This document shows positions 30,601 to 46,068 of a stretch of 64,000 nucleotides of DNA, one piece after another. The notes beneath the pieces are model-generated. The model was not told the DNA's origin and searched no databases. It worked only from the letters and a program-made list of their open reading frames with translations. A program made the position numbers and the translations under genes. The stretch covers positions 47,901 through 111,900 of the forward strand of contig JAUCBJ010006769.1 in assembly GCA_032718475.1 (NCBI GenBank). Direction: 5' to 3'. Positions within the stretch are counted from its first letter, which is position 1. Every line of letters begins with the position of its first letter. This DNA comes from Nemertoderma westbladi (Eukaryota > Animalia > Xenacoelomorpha).

Positions 30601-33265
30601 GTTTATCATATTGTCCTATTACATTATATAGTTAAAGAAGAACGCAGCAGTGTGGCTAGTGCAATATCGACGGACTCACCCAGAAGTCTGGAACCCTTCA
30701 AAGATATCAAACCGAAACCGCGCCCTCAGTAACAACCAACCACCTACAGTCTCGTACCGAGATAACCACACAATAATTGCCATTCAGCCTGCAAAATAGG
30801 CCTACACTTTAACTTTTGTCGATGTCACTCATTATTTGTCCTTGGCGTATTGATCACCTCAACAATAGATTGACAAAGCTCTATACTTATACGATTTCAA
30901 TGGAACTGCACAAACTCAGACTGTGTGTACCGGTACTAACTACTACAGTACAAACTTATTATATTATTATACATAGTAATTACAGTATAAGCCGATGGCC
31001 TTCCCTTGTTAAGTAGTAGTTAGTAGCGTTAGTAGCTTCCTTTATCCCATACTAATAAACATCCCATCTTCCATTTCATCCTGTATTATTTTTAATAAGT
31101 AGATCGAATTCAAGGTAACATGTCTGTCTACTAATTATTATTTGACACAAGAGTAGACGGTATTAAGTGAACCATTCTTGTTAAACTATTATCGGATTTA
31201 TTCTTTACCCAATACAGTACAACAAGGGCCGTTCACTTAGTATAAAAACGATAATGGATAGCCACATGGCCTCCCCCCACGGTAGGCCAGTGGGCCGTGT
31301 CAAAAATGAAAGCTATATAGAAAATAAATCCTGATAATATTTATTATACCTGTGTTCAAGGTAATTAATAAAAATGTAAATATAATTTAACAATAATATG
31401 AAAAGTAAATTAGAAAAAAATCCCTTCATTATTATTTAAGTATATTTTCTGCAAATCTACACTCCAATTCGTTTTCGGTCTGCACGGCACGCCCATTTTG
31501 GTGCATTGCCCACATACATCTCCCAAGTACTTCTGAGACGGGGGGGGGGGGGGGGGGGGAGGGGGGGCTGGATGCAAAACCCGCCTTGGCGAATTAATAT
31601 CCCGCCTCAATGTTAAATTCTTAATTTATGGAAAGAAGCAGGTTACAGTGGCACGTTATTTTAACCAAAACAATAAATTAAACACAATATAACAGGTTAC
31701 AGTTTTATTTTTGAGAGTAATCAGCTATTATTTGCGTCCAATTTCCCCTTGAGAGGGCTGACATCGCCTGGGGTTTGTAAGTGGTATATTCCCACAACTC
31801 ATACGGTCCCAGCACTGAGTTCCTTATCACAACAACTGCTGATCTGGTTCTAAATTCAGGTTGAATTACATTGCCAGTGCCGAGACTGTATGGGGTTTGT
31901 AAATATGCGTCCCTGTCCCTTATGAGTCTCCGAGGGGTTCGGGTCAGCTGCCAGACGACTCATGTCTACAATTAATACGGCTGTACGGTGTTTGCAAACA
32001 TTACAACTACAGTAGGCCTACTGCTTACATACAGTGTACCGTCGGAAAACCGGTACTCGTACTTGAATAGAGAATATTAATGAGGAGGAAGTCGCTATGT
32101 TTAAATTTTAAGAAATTCAAGGATACAGTGTGTGATAACGCCTAGGATATTTTTTCAAGTAAAACAATAAATATATATAATAAAACAGTGAATTAATAGT
32201 AAATGAAACAGCGTACTTTATTTTTCGAATAATAGTCCTTTATAATTAATTATATTCATGCACTTAAATTTTTCAAACTAACAATGTTAATTAAAGTACC
32301 TTTTCTAGCATTAAACTAGCAATGATATTGAATAGCTAGCGCCCCATAGCGGGAATCCTGTAAAATTACTAAATAAAAGATAATAATATGAACTGTCGTT
32401 GGCCTGCACATTCCTATGAGTAACTGTCTTTCCTATGAGCCAATAGCAGAGAGCCCTGATCGTTGATTGGAGGAGAAAAGAGCGGAGTGATTGACATATT
32501 GTACCATTTTATAAACTAAAGTACGTTGATTCATTCCACACTAGCCTACTCTCATAACGTTGGTTATTGGGAGCCTTTTTTTCTTAAAACCGCTGATCCT
32601 TGCTTTTTAAACAGATTAATTAAAGTAGCAACCATTACTGATCTGTAGTGTATGAACATAAGTTAGGGTATCGCATTACTGCAACTGAATTCCGTTAGAA
32701 TACCGCTGGTACCTTAAATTGGATGAACTTTTAGTGTTAGTTAACTGGGTGGAAGCGGGGCATTGTGGGTCGACTGGATTTTACTTCCTAATTAAATGCA
32801 AAGTAGTTGTTATGTTGTGTCTTTATTTTACCTACTTGTTTTTTTTTGTTTATATTGGGCCAGACTGTTTGCAATTGCAATCAATTCTTATTGATACAGG
32901 TACCGGTACTCTAAGTAAATAGGCCTACTTCTGTATTTATGACTGTTGTTATGACGTAATTAATTGTTGTGACGCTGATGCTGAACCATAGTAAAGCGTA
33001 AAGTTAGGATTTAGTAAGTAAATTCTTTAATTAGGCCAGTAGGCAATAAAATAAAAATTACAATATGAATTATTCTGAAATATTTGGTTTTTGTCTTTTA
33101 TTAATTACCGGTATTCTTTCAAATTCGAATTAGAAGTTTCCTTAGTCTATAGGTTTACTTAATAATTTATCTAAAACCGAAACACTAAAATTTTAATATT
33201 TATTTAATTGAACTAATGTGTTACAAACAGGAATTGTCATATAACTTCATTTAAATATATAAATA

Positions 33266-33450
33266 ATGAGGAAGATTGTTCTCGCGATATTGCTGTGTAT
33301 ATTGCTGTGCGTGGATGTGTGTACAGGATGCCCGATGTCCTGCACCTGCAGTAAACCTAAGGACCGACCCGATGTATCGAAGGTGGTCTGTTCAAGTAAT
33401 CATTTGGGGCAGGTGGATGAGACACTATTCCCAGCCGATACGTATATTTT
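33266..33450 (+). CDS. ADGRA3: ADGRA2/3 (GPR124/GPR125)-like adhesion GPCR, coding exon 1 (signal peptide plus LRR N-cap)
   Basis: MRKIVLAILLCILLCVDVCTG-CPMSCTC...VVCS..., then a GTAAGT donor at 33451 (phase 2). Upstream acceptor AAACAG at 33225-33230. Confidence 0.85.
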
Positions 33451-36085
33451 GTAAGTATATATACATATATATATATATTTTTTTATATGTATTAAAATTC
33501 AACATAAATAGTATTGCGGAAAACCTATACTATTGTAACCAGTTTATAAGATACTTCTGTGCAGTGCGCCAGACTTTCTGGTGCTATATTTCACTTTGCA
33601 GTTTACCCCAGTGAATGAATACCAGGTTTTCACTAAAATAAAATCCAGGTTACATAAGTGCTGATTCTAACCAAAGCAATAAATCGAGTATCTGTATCAA
33701 GTATCGTGTCAATGTCCGGTCCGTACAGGTTAACGTTATAAGATAGAAAAAAGCGTTATAAAAAACTTACTACTGTACTATGAAGAAATAAAAAATATAT
33801 AAATTCTTCAAATTTCGACTCGCCAAACATTCATGTGCGACGCGAAGGGCCAACGAGGGTTTGGGATGATTTGAAAGTAACAATTTAATATATTCCGTAA
33901 TATTCGTAGACCGTGTAATTCTGACTGTCATGAAATTTAGACAATAAAATGTCTAGAAGCTGAATTTCATTAACTAAATTGTAAGAAAGTCAGTTTAGGT
34001 TTAGTGTGATAGTATATGACTACTTAATCACTACTACACAGTCTACATTGTAAAATAATAAAATTATAAACTATACTTTAGTAAATTAGAAACAAACTAT
34101 ACCGGTATATCGTAGCTTATAATTAAATGTGAAACTTATACATGTTCTACTTTATTTATCAACTATACACTTTAATTTATTTTTATATAATCTTGTGGCT
34201 TGGGGCCAGCCACTATAAGTACAGATAGCTTAGCCTACAGTTGGTAATAGCTATATCTCTGTATCTGTATGCGTGTATAAAGTTGATAAATATTATTTTG
34301 AAATTAACAGATAATTTTACATGTAGAGGAAAATTCGCAATTCAATTGCAATGTTTTAGAGCTTTCACATTATAGACATAGACAGACATGCCTATTTTGT
34401 CCCGTACCGGTACTAAAAAGTGACCCAATTATTTTTACTATCACATAAACTTAATTAGAAATAATAGAAAATAGAATAAACACCCAATTAACAATTATGA
34501 TTAGTGTGCAGCTTACCGGTACCTGTATGTAACTGCTAACTGCAGTCTCTTTTATTATTTATTCCTACTAAATCCCAAACATTATCAGGGACCTTGAAAC
34601 CCTGAGAACGTCCTGATACTAACTATTAATAGCTACTCGCTCCATTGCCTTAATTCCCAACGGACAACAAATAAATGATTTATTATTCTCTGAATAATTC
34701 CCCCGCACGCGTTCAACCATTATTGTCTCGCACTTGTAGTTTGTGGAGGTATTTTTAACAGGTTTTGAGTAGGATCACTGGCGCCACAGTTCCCAATAAT
34801 AGCTCCCCTTCCTTATTATAAATCTCTAGGGATGGGCAATCCAGTCCTACACCATTATGATTAGCCCAGGGTTATGTGACATGACATTGCGAAACATTGT
34901 ATCACCTTGCGGATACATCAGCTGTAAAAATTATGTCCCTGATCCTTCTCGTTATATTTGGACCAGCTAGGGGGTGAGGGGAACTTAACGAAATCAAAAT
35001 TAAGCCCTCCCCTGGGGAAAAACCAACAAATAACAGCTGATTACGAGCTCAATTTAAACTGTAATCTGATCTATGAAATTAAAGGACAATCTATTTTCAT
35101 TAGGCATGATTTTGGTACAAACAAATGTACCAATTTCACGCGACGCACGTCACACACCATTTACAATTATTAGTATAATATAATAAAATGAATTCGTATT
35201 GCCCTCCTTTTCGACGCAGTCACCAAGCCCCAAGGCCAAGCTACACAGTTTCACGCCCAAACAAAAATTAATCTGTGTTTCAGAGATGTAATACAGTTAG
35301 TTGTTGACATAATCAATCAACGCTTTTTTGGATTATAAATAGTCCTTTTGAGGCAAAACCTACCCAGTCTGGGTAGTTGTCCATTACCAAGCAAGGTGTA
35401 AGTAGGATGTAGACGTTTATTAGAACTGTAATTCAGAACAAGTGTAGACTATTCATGGTTCACTAACCAGGTCACTGACCTACAATGCCTGGGTGGCGTT
35501 AATATCCGAGGATATTGCCCTCAGCTAAACTACCTGACAGCACTCCCTCTTAGCAACAGCAACCCGGGCTGTAACTACAGGAGAAAGTCGCTTAATTTGT
35601 TACAAATTGTGTGGCCGCTTTTATTAGGAGGCCAGCTCAGCACAATAGAGAATGGGCCCTATATCGATTGTTTGTAGTTAACTATTGTAGTTAGTGGCTG
35701 TCACGCCAGCGCTGCAGTTCTGCTTGGCTCTATCTGACAGCCGAACCATACGCTTACGTCATAAACGCTGTATAGCTGCACAGTAAATAGGCGTTTTTTT
35801 TTTAATGTGGCCCTCATTCCTCCCATGAACCTATGCCAGTAACCATTGTGTGCTTCCTACTAACTCTGTGCAATTCCAGTCCCTCATTAATACGACCAAC
35901 ATTACGGTTTAATTAGTAACTCATAAACTCGGGATGTAAACATGACAATTATTTTAGAAACATCGTATATTATCTGCTTTACTGATGATAGTTAAATATT
36001 TAAACCAGAAATAGATTCAACTGTGTTTAAATAATATATTGTTTACATGTTCGATTTTAAACGTTTTTTTTCTATTTCTTTTCAG

Positions 36086-36157
36086 GGACTTGAGTAACAA
36101 CGCTATGACAGAACTTCCGGCCAACTTTCTGGGACGTTTAGGAAACTTGGAGAAACT
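36086..36157 (+). CDS. ADGRA3: ADGRA-like exon 2 (one LRR, 72 nt)
   Basis: ttttcag|G GAC TTG AGT AAC AAC... = LDLSNNAMTELPANFLGRLGNLEKL|gtgagt. Confidence 0.9.
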
Positions 36158-39100
36158 GTGAGTAACACAAATACAACCAACAGTAACGGATTAAGGCTTA
36201 AAAAGTTTATCACCCCCCCCCCCCCCCCCCCGCAATCCAAGCCCCCGCCCACACACCCCACCCCCCATCCACCCCCACACCCCAACCCCGACCCCGACCC
36301 CGCCCCATTCTTTTGACCAGAAGTTAAGGAGGGGAAAAATGGTTACGTAGCCCTTTTATTTTCACAGCCCGCGGCCCAACATGAGCTAAATTCGGGGCGG
36401 GGCAGCCAACATGCACCCGGCCCCCCTCCCCACTCCAGCCGACGGCAGGGCTACTTAGTTTGTTCAAAATAACAAGAAAATGATATACCGGGTAACCGGA
36501 ATGTTTGTGCGAAGTTCGGGAGGGAGTCCTCCAGGAATGAACGTGGTTTATTGTGCGGGATTAGTAATAGAATATCTAACTGATATCCCATTGGGGGTGA
36601 TATACCGCGGTAGAATGCGTTGAGTGCCATATGGAGGTTTACTTTAACCCGAGTTCCTCTGGTCCAGCGCCATGAGCAATCCGCCCCAATAACCGCACTG
36701 CTACACACCTACAGCGCGGTTGCGGAATCACAAAGTTTATAATCGATATTCTCCTACAGACCTCGGTAGCTATTGGTTACCGTGCTATCGATTTTCATAA
36801 TCAAAGTGGGATTTTTCTCAATGACTCATATTTTGTGTTGGAAGCTGTTAGTTGTAGTTAAGCGATTTAATAAAAGATTTTCTGTGTGAGTTTATCTAAA
36901 CATAAGTTCGGAGTCACTTTAACTATGATATTTAGGATATATTTGTTTGGGTATGAGTGTCGTATACAGTCCGTTTCAGGGACCTAACGGTGGCGGTTAG
37001 TTTATTGTTTTGGTTAGGGTTAGTTGGTTTTAGGCCTCCACCACTGTAAACTGCACAAAAAATGTAACAATTTATTAATAGTAATTTTTTTGTTCATATA
37101 ATATGCAATAACTGGGATTTGGAGCGCAGTATAACAATGTTAGTTTAATGGGGAAACCCTGTGATTGATTGTATTGATTGACTGAGGGGATATGGCCTGT
37201 TTTACCTTTCATGTGTAAAATTATAAATCGAATTTACCTCAACTGGTGCAGTGAGTGAGTTCTCTCTGTGTGCGGGTGTAGAGTAGGCTTACTGTGTACT
37301 GCTAGAGATGTATGCAGTGATTACGATGGAGCTATTTGTGATGCTTTATAATTGTGTTGGATGTATTACATTGGATTGCCAACCGCAGTTTGTTGCTTTA
37401 TGTTTACAAACAGCTGAAACCCTCAATGTCCAACCAATTAAAAAGCGAGTTTATTTGCTTGCGAATTTTATACATATCGAATGGCCCCAGTTTAAAGCAA
37501 CATGAAGGCCACTGCAGTAGAGTAGACTCAAGTGCACTCTTTCTGTTATTTGTAAACCTGAAATATTTCAAGCGAATTCGGCCAATAAAATATCGCAAGA
37601 AATTTTTCTAGGGTAAAGTAAACCTTTACCTTAAATACTTCCTGTAAACTAAATCTAACACAATTAGTTTATTGTTTTGGTTATGTACAACCCGTCAATA
37701 TCCCGGGCACGTATTCTTCATGACATTCTGGCTTATTCACGACAAACTTCCGTTGTAGTTCAATCAAACCTTTACAACCCCCCCCCCCCCCCCCCCCCCC
37801 CAACTAATGTATTAATTTCAGCAATATTATTATTTCTCATGGGTCGTTAGTAAACCTCTCTCACGGGAATCGATTCACAAAGGAAATTATTGACATATTA
37901 TAAACCCCCATTGGCCTATATCTCCAATGTTTATAGGTAAACATTATATCTCACGGTTGATTTAACAGAGTCATGTTCTCCTGTCTGTTAACCTATATGC
38001 CCCTTAATAATGAATATGGCTATTAATCTATAGTTGGGGGCCCTTTTGCTAAGTCGCTATTTTCCATAGAGGCCCCACGGTACAAACACACAGCCCCCCT
38101 CTACGCCTATAGTCAGATTGACAAGAGCCAAGTCTATTATACCCACATAATCACATCGGACCCAGTGGGTTCGCTGTCATTCAATCCGCTCACATTGTAC
38201 CGACCCTTAAACGGCGAACAATAGCTAACGTTGATGGACAGTCGCGGATGCCATGCTGTTCCCTTCCAGTGTCCCAGCGGGACCGTTGAAATCCGCCGCT
38301 GTGATTGGTCGCTTGGCCAACCTTGTTTGGGCGACTTCATCCCGGACCTCCCGCTGACCTTCACCATTGCGTTAAGGGGCGTCTCTGATGTCTCATTCTT
38401 GGCCCCATCTCTCTCTCTCTCTCTCTCTCTCCTACTTCATTATAATTGCGTGACGGTTTTTACGTTGATGCAAGGTTATCTCTAGCAATTCCGGACCAAT
38501 GTTTCTCGTAATATTGGGGGGCTTAAACCCCCACCTATATCACAATGCTACGATTGCTACACTGTCGCTATGTATATGCTAGTTACCCCTTAATTGTAGT
38601 GTCCATTATACTTACCCGTTTCTCAAGGTTCTCAGCTAACACACAATCCGTATCTCCATCAGTATAAGACTCTACATCGTATTAGTATTGTAATTTGGAA
38701 GGCGCCTGCTTTTGAGTGACGTGCTAAACCGACTCATGCAATGCGCAACAGATGCATATGCTGCATAGAGCGTAGCATTAAACTATCCGCAACATGCACA
38801 GCACACACGGCATCAGCATTCAAGTGGGCTGGTAAACCATTCCAATTAAGTTAATCCCATTCAAGTTATTATCAATAAGTCATCATTATAAGTAATGATT
38901 AGCATTTTACTTCAAAGAACATCTGATAATTTAACAAAAGATAATTTAATGGAATTAAGTTGACCACCTCCAGTCAACATATGTCTATTATCGTATTTAT
39001 ATTTGTTAAGTAATTAGATAATTAAAATTGGATTTATATGTAATTAAAAAGAAAAATATATTTCGTAAAATGTAAATTATTTGATAATTATTATTAATTA

Positions 39101-40239
39101 ATTAATTGAGTTAGGCTGTGAACTGAGATGGTTAACAGAGTGCAATTAATATCATCACATCATTGCATATCATTGTTTTGGTTTTAAAGCCATATCATAT
39201 GTACGCAGCTTAGCCCAAGCTGTAACCCCATTTCTTTCTGTAATCACCTTATGGACCCCCCTTCTCTCTCTCTTTAAAATGGACACTAAGAACTCAAATA
39301 AACAAATAAACCAAACTCTTTGATCTTATATTGCCTCACCACACAATTTGTTTTCATGATGCTTGGTTTCCTTTCTTGAACAGGAGTTCAATTGCTGCCC
39401 TTTATACCCTGAGAGCTTCTAATTCTAGGCGCATATCTTTAAGACTCCGTTTCAAGTTCCCTCTTTCCCCATATTGGTATACGGTACACCTAATATCCCC
39501 AAGACGGATTCCTTTCACTGGTTCTGCACCTCTCTATATCTCCCAGCAGAGATTATCCCGCACGTAGAATGTTTAATTCTCATTCCCATCTGAGTCCACA
39601 ACCGTTGATTGCATCGCTTCAACAGAACCATTCTGCATTACAGAAACCCCGAAATGATTCCCTAATAATCTGTCTCTGTTCCGTCCCGCTCCATTCCTCT
39701 TTCGGCAGTTTACTTTGTTCCCCAACCGGTCCTGTCTGATACCCATCGTTGCGTTTCAGTGATTTTATGCGAAGTTTCCGTGCTTCATACAACAAACATA
39801 CAGTTAGTTAGTTTTATGTTTTAGTGTGCTGTGTAGGTGAGAGCGAGTGTGTCGCCATTTTAATGTCAATTTGATATTATTATGTTTTTTATTATAATTA
39901 TTTAAGATAAGCCCATAGCGGTAACAGGGTAAATCGCAAATGGAAAACCAGAATGAATAAATAGCATACTATTAGCATGTAGCAAATCTGTCCATCCCAA
40001 TAATTGACTTATATCAATTCAACATTCATTACTTACTTACAGTATAACAAACTATGATTGGCGGGCTCCTGAAGGATAAAACACCTGGTGTATTCCTTGC
40101 ATTTTATTAACAAACCCGTTTCAACCCAACAACAATAACCATGACCACATGGTTATGGTTAATAACTTTCAATAAACATTATTCAAGTTTCATTGAAACT
40201 CAGGGCGATTCTTAAACAACATAAAGACGGGTGGAACTT

Positions 40240-40580
40240 TACTGCCATACATGGTAAACTTACTGCCATACAGGGTAAACTTACTGCCATACAGGGTAAA
40301 CGTACTGCCATACAGGGTAAATGTACTGCCATACAGGGTATAAAACATATCATAACAGGTAAACCTACTGCTATTACATACAGGATAAACATACTGTCTT
40401 ACAGGGTAGACCTACTGCCATACAACGATACAAGGTAAACTTCTGCCATACAACGATACAAGGTAAACTTCTGCCATACAAGGTAAACATACTGCCATAC
40501 ATGGTAAACTTCCTGCCATACATGGTAAACTTCCTGCCATACATGGTAAACTTCCTGCCATACATGGTAAACCTACTATA
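40240..40580 (+). repeat. Intronic minisatellite, ~21-22-bp unit (TACTGCCATACAGGGTAAACT-like)
   Basis: Read directly; degenerate in the middle. Confidence 0.9.
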
Positions 40581-43500
40581 CCATGCCATGTAAATTATGA
40601 CATACAATACTTATAAATGCACTTATAAATACATACTTATAAATGAACCCAATCTCGTATATTAAAACTTTAAACGTTTTACAAATTATTTCAGTTCAAT
40701 ATACATCATCAGTGGTTAATTTACCCGCTGAAATTTGTTGTAACGCCTCGCTAGAATTTGAGTTTCCATTGTCAGCTAGGGTTAGCGCAATAAATATTAT
40801 CTCTTAGCGCTCGTCCGTTACTGAAAGGACAGGGGGACAATAGCTACGTATTCCGTCCAAAGGGCCGCATTGTTATCTGGGGTGGGCCGGGCCACCTAAG
40901 TTACTATTTGCTATCGACTAAGAGGTTATTGCCTCGGTTTCCTGGATGTCTTCAACTCCTGGACGATGGAACGTTATATATTATTGATGGGCTCACATCC
41001 TTAGAATTTCTGATACTCAACCGTACATAGATTTAGTCACAGCCTTAGGAAGAATTAGTATAACAGTACGGGATACTCTCTGTAGTATACTGGGCTGTTT
41101 CTTTCTTGTTCAAACAATTGTCCCTACTATGCATCATTGCACAACAGCGGTTGAACAATCGTTATTGTTAAGTGTTTGTGACATAGACTTATGGCTGCAT
41201 TATCGTGAGTATGATTTAATCTCTCTCTAAAGATTTAATTCCTTGTTCTTTCCTGCGTGTTATATTTTTAATAGAAGACTCCGATTTGTGGTAATCAGAC
41301 ATAACAAAAGGGCTAGATTTAATAAATTAACTATCGCCCCAGCTAAAAACCGTGGGGTTCCTTCCGAAATGCCAAATTAGCTTAGAATTCCAGCGGTGCG
41401 CGGTTTGGTTTTGCCTTACCGGTGGCGCGCGGTTTGGTTTTGCCCTACCCGGCTCAAACAATGGCGCTGAATTCCAATATACCGGTATCGGTATATATAT
41501 ATAGCCCTGCTGTGGTACGAACTGACAGCCTATTATGCTTGCATGTCAACCATATTGTTATATAGAGATTGGCCCCCCTACTGCCCTTCGCAACCTACTG
41601 TTTGCATTGTTTAACCGAACCGCAAAGTATTTTGATCACGGAAGATAATCTTCCTTTTGTAATCCTGTATGGTTGATTTACTGGGAATTTACAGTTGACT
41701 TTATACAGGGTAATTAATTGCGGATATATTAATATTGGCGTATAAAAATTTTTTTTATTTTAATTCTATTCATACAATCATTATCACCAGCACAGAAACG
41801 GACAATAAGTACCAATCCTAGATAAGATTATAGTTAGCTTCACATAAACTACCATGATTATTTAACACATTTGGAAGTATTTTGTTAATTTTAAACTATT
41901 TTATTGATTGAAATTATTCGTTTTGTTTCTCAGTAAACTCAATTATTATTGTAATATCACGCAGCAACCATTCCTTCCAGTGTTTCATACGAAATTTCAA
42001 CGCAGCTGATAAGTTTATAAACGTATAATTACCGGTTTAGTTGTATTCTAATTTATTTCTGGTATGTAGAAATAATGTTATTGTTCCTTATAAGTGTACT
42101 GTAATTAGTTAATATAATAATTAACTGTAAACATATGGAATTACCAACGATAATTCGTTGCACCAATGTGAATCAGCCCAGTTAGTGTTTATTTAGTAAG
42201 ATAAGATTGCCACTCTTATGTCACCGGCTGTAGATAATTTTCATATAGGACTGCCACTCATTATTCCTAGAGTAGCGACACGTGTTATTGAAATTGGGTA
42301 AAGAGTAAAGTAATGTTGCACACAAGTCGGCAGATGTCTGAATTGTTGAATTTGATTGGCATCTCCATGGCTTCGTCTTACGAGTGGTACGCAGAAAGCC
42401 AATTAATACCGCTGTATTGTTGCTCATGAAGTTATCGCCTCCTTTCGTAGAGGAAACTAGAAACGGTCATCTGTTGGTGGGGGGCGAGCCAGGCAGTTAG
42501 CTTTGCCTTATCAGCATATGTATAATTAAAAAATGAGGGCAATAATAAAAAAAAACTGAACGCAATAATAATTTATCCCTCTCCAGGGGAAATTCGACGC
42601 AAATAACAGCTGATTACTCGCAAAAATATAGCTGTAATCTGTTCTATTGTGTTTAGTTTATTGTTTTCCATTCCTCACCAACCGGTACTGTACTTGTTGA
42701 TTCCCAACCCATTCCTCACCAATGGCTTTATCTCGCATTAGCCTCTCTGGGTTTCCTTTGGGCTTGCTTTGCATTAGGATTCGGTTGATTTTGGGCTTAT
42801 AATTATTTTATTTCGTGCCCCGTTTGTTTTGTGTGAAACACAGGATAATTAATTTAGTTGATTAAGAAAACGATTTTTCCTTTAAATATGTTGTATTTAT
42901 TTAAAGAAATAATAATACCGGTACATAAAAATATACGATGCATGTGTTGATTGTTAAAAAAACACATTATTTTATTATTTTAAATTTTTCTCATGTTGAT
43001 GTCTCATATTTTTGCGGCTATATGTTTTTATTGCAATGCCTTTAGCTATCAATTTCTGCAATAAAATAAAATTCCCCTGTAAGAAGACAGAATATAGTCC
43101 TGCACGAATCGGACATAGATGAGACTTGGATTCACCATATTGCTGGTGGCATCCAAGTGAACTCCTGTTATCTGTGCTGACGGTACGCTGTTGTGTCTTT
43201 CTCACCTGTATATATTTAGATAGTTTGAATTCCAAAAACCCAAACTCCAGTATACATAATTTGTTTTTCAAATGGTTCAACATATTCCTCGATTCCGCAG
43301 CTAGTGCCCTAGGGAATTTATTCCCGTGTCACACGACGGGAGTTTGCGCGATTTTCGGTGCGTTTCACCCGTCAATTAAATGATCTTCGGTTTTTAGGCA
43401 CGACTCCGTGGGGCATTGTTAGGGACAGGCGTTAGTGGGATTAGCGAAACGCCTGTCAGTCGATGAGTGATGAATCGTGTGGGTCGTCCGATCTCTGTCT

Positions 43501-46068
43501 AAACATTTCGAGGAGTGCGAAATCTTGGATTCTCTTATCTCGGAGATGACGCCTGGCTCTTGATTTTTGACTTTATTTACTGCCGTTTTTCCATATTTTC
43601 TTCAGTTTTCCAACACGGTTTCCAGTTCATCCATTCTGATTGCTCTCTCAGGCGATTCATCATGCCACTACACTTTGTTTGACAATCTCTTCCAAATAAC
43701 ATTGATGGAGATTTTTCTGAATTATGATGGGAATTGGTCTTTCGCCAAAGTATCATCAGTCTGAAAGTTATCATTTTTGCTCCCTTTATTAGGTATTATT
43801 TACTGGTTTCATTTTGCGGGAGACATATAATCATACAGTACCGGTACACGTTCTGTATGTTATGTTTTTTCCGGAATACACATCACTCACACTGTCACAC
43901 ACATCTCTCTTGTAGCTAAAAGGCACTCGCTCTCCACAATGTACCATAAACTACCACTACCAGAATAAAATAGAACTAACTAAGGAACCAACTCTACATA
44001 CAAACCGGTTGAAAGGAACAGGACAGGCCTAAGGGCTAACCGTCCGCCTAATTTAAATCCCTTATTAATCAATATGACAATGAATGTAGTTAAGCTGCTC
44101 TTAATAGATAATTAATCCGCTAAGCATAATATTATGTTACCATTTCACTTCCCACTGAAGGCCAGGTCGTGTGGCCTGGTGGCTGGTCACCTTCGACCAA
44201 TCATATACAATTACTTAGAAATCGACACATTTCACATCTATTTTCGCTGCTGTTGAATTTGTCAACAGATGGGGTTGTGTGACATTTTAATAGGGACCTG
44301 ATTGTCAGTCCCTATTAAATGTATGTCAGATAATTAGTCTTTGCGGAACTGATTTGTTATTTTTTGATTTGATTATATTAATTTAGTTCCAGTTTAACCT
44401 GTTTCACACCGGGGGTTTCTTGGGTGCCAACTAAGTGACCTCAGCCCCGAGGTTGGGAGACAGCGCGTGTGCCGCCGCCATACCAGTAATTTTGTATCAA
44501 CTTTCAGTCATTATAATTAACGCCAACATCTTTCATTCTGTCCTATAAAAACTATAATATTAAATAGCTCTGACTTCAGTTAGAGTGAGTTGTAAACTGA
44601 TAACCTGTCAATTTAAATATACCGATATTTACATTTAAATTGCACAGTTATAATATTCTTGTTTCTTAATCATTTTGAGTAAACTCAATATCTTCATTGT
44701 GTGTGGGAATTCGATTTTAATTGACTGGGTTCGTAAGGATGAGTCGTGTTTCAGTGACTAGCTGCTTGTTTTTTTCTTTGATTGAGTGAGTGTATGTTGT
44801 CTAGTGCTCGTATCTGTAATGTTCAACAACCACCAATCCATTACTCTACACCTACCGGTACTGAATACTGACAGGGCCAGCACTGTGAGGCAGTTGTCAG
44901 TCAACCTAATTGGCGGTGTCCCGTTGCCATGGTACTACTAGGAAGACCATTCTCGAGACTGGTCTCAACCCCAGAGTCCAGCTTCCTGAGAGTCCGTCAG
45001 ACTGGTGGCTAGGCAACTGAGTTCCGTTGATAAGGAGCTGCGCATAGCGATATCCAACTGTTTGTCTCTATGTTTTGTCGACAAGAGTTGCTGGGATTCT
45101 GACAAGGTATATTTGTTAATCCGGTGGTTAATAAGCCAGTGTTTCTGGTGTAAATGAAACCACTGATACCTCCCACACACAAGTTAATATATTTCACATG
45201 TGAGTTTAAAATGTCTCCAAATACTGTATCCTGTCACTCAACGTGATAAGAAATTAAGGTAAAAGAAGTTAGATAAACTAATATTGGAGATTTAAGTATT
45301 TTTATTGGTTTTTCCTGCTAGTTTTTATTGATGTTGATGGTATTGGTTTGCTTTTAATTCAATTTTTGATTAATATATAAAATGTGTTCTGTTATATTTG
45401 AAATATATTTTCATTGCGATTATAATGCTATCGTGCAAATCGCGTTTCAGAGTTTAGTTAGTTGTTTTAAGGAAATCAATGTCGGTGGTGTTTTCTGCTT
45501 CATTTGGCATCCCAAAAAATCGCGGGTGCGGAATATTTTATTAGCCGCTTGGCTTGATTTAACGGGAACCCTTGTGGAGATCTGTGTAGGCCGGATAACA
45601 TTGGTATCGATTCGATTTGAGTTGCACGACGGAGACGTAGTTCCCCCGGTTCTCAACCAATTCCCTCTTGACCGCCTGGGGAATTCCTAATCCACGGAAA
45701 TTAAAACAAAACATATTACTAACTGGCTGTGTGGCAACTAACTGTACTGCTCCGTTTGCCTAATTAATTCGTCCGAGGTGTGTGTTTTTGGAATGTCCGA
45801 AGAACCTCATTCCATGATTGACTCAAACCTTCAGCACTCAGCCCCTGTTGTTATTTATGGTAATGTAGTCCTTATCGCTACTTTGGTTTGTTTTTCCAAT
45901 TCGAATAATGCAACCTTTATCTTTGGAGTAAGTGTAAAAATATACGAAGCTTTTTTCCCGTGGTATATTGTATTAGTTTTAGGTGCTCGCCTCTGTGTTA
46001 TTGAATATTTCATTGACTTCTTTTTGGGTGATGGTTCCTGTTATATTGTATGTCCTGGTTCGCGTTTA

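Noticed and set aside
42975-46060. Possible decayed transposon coding fragments in the large intron
   Set aside because: Coding-like composition in places, but no motif I can assign and many stops.
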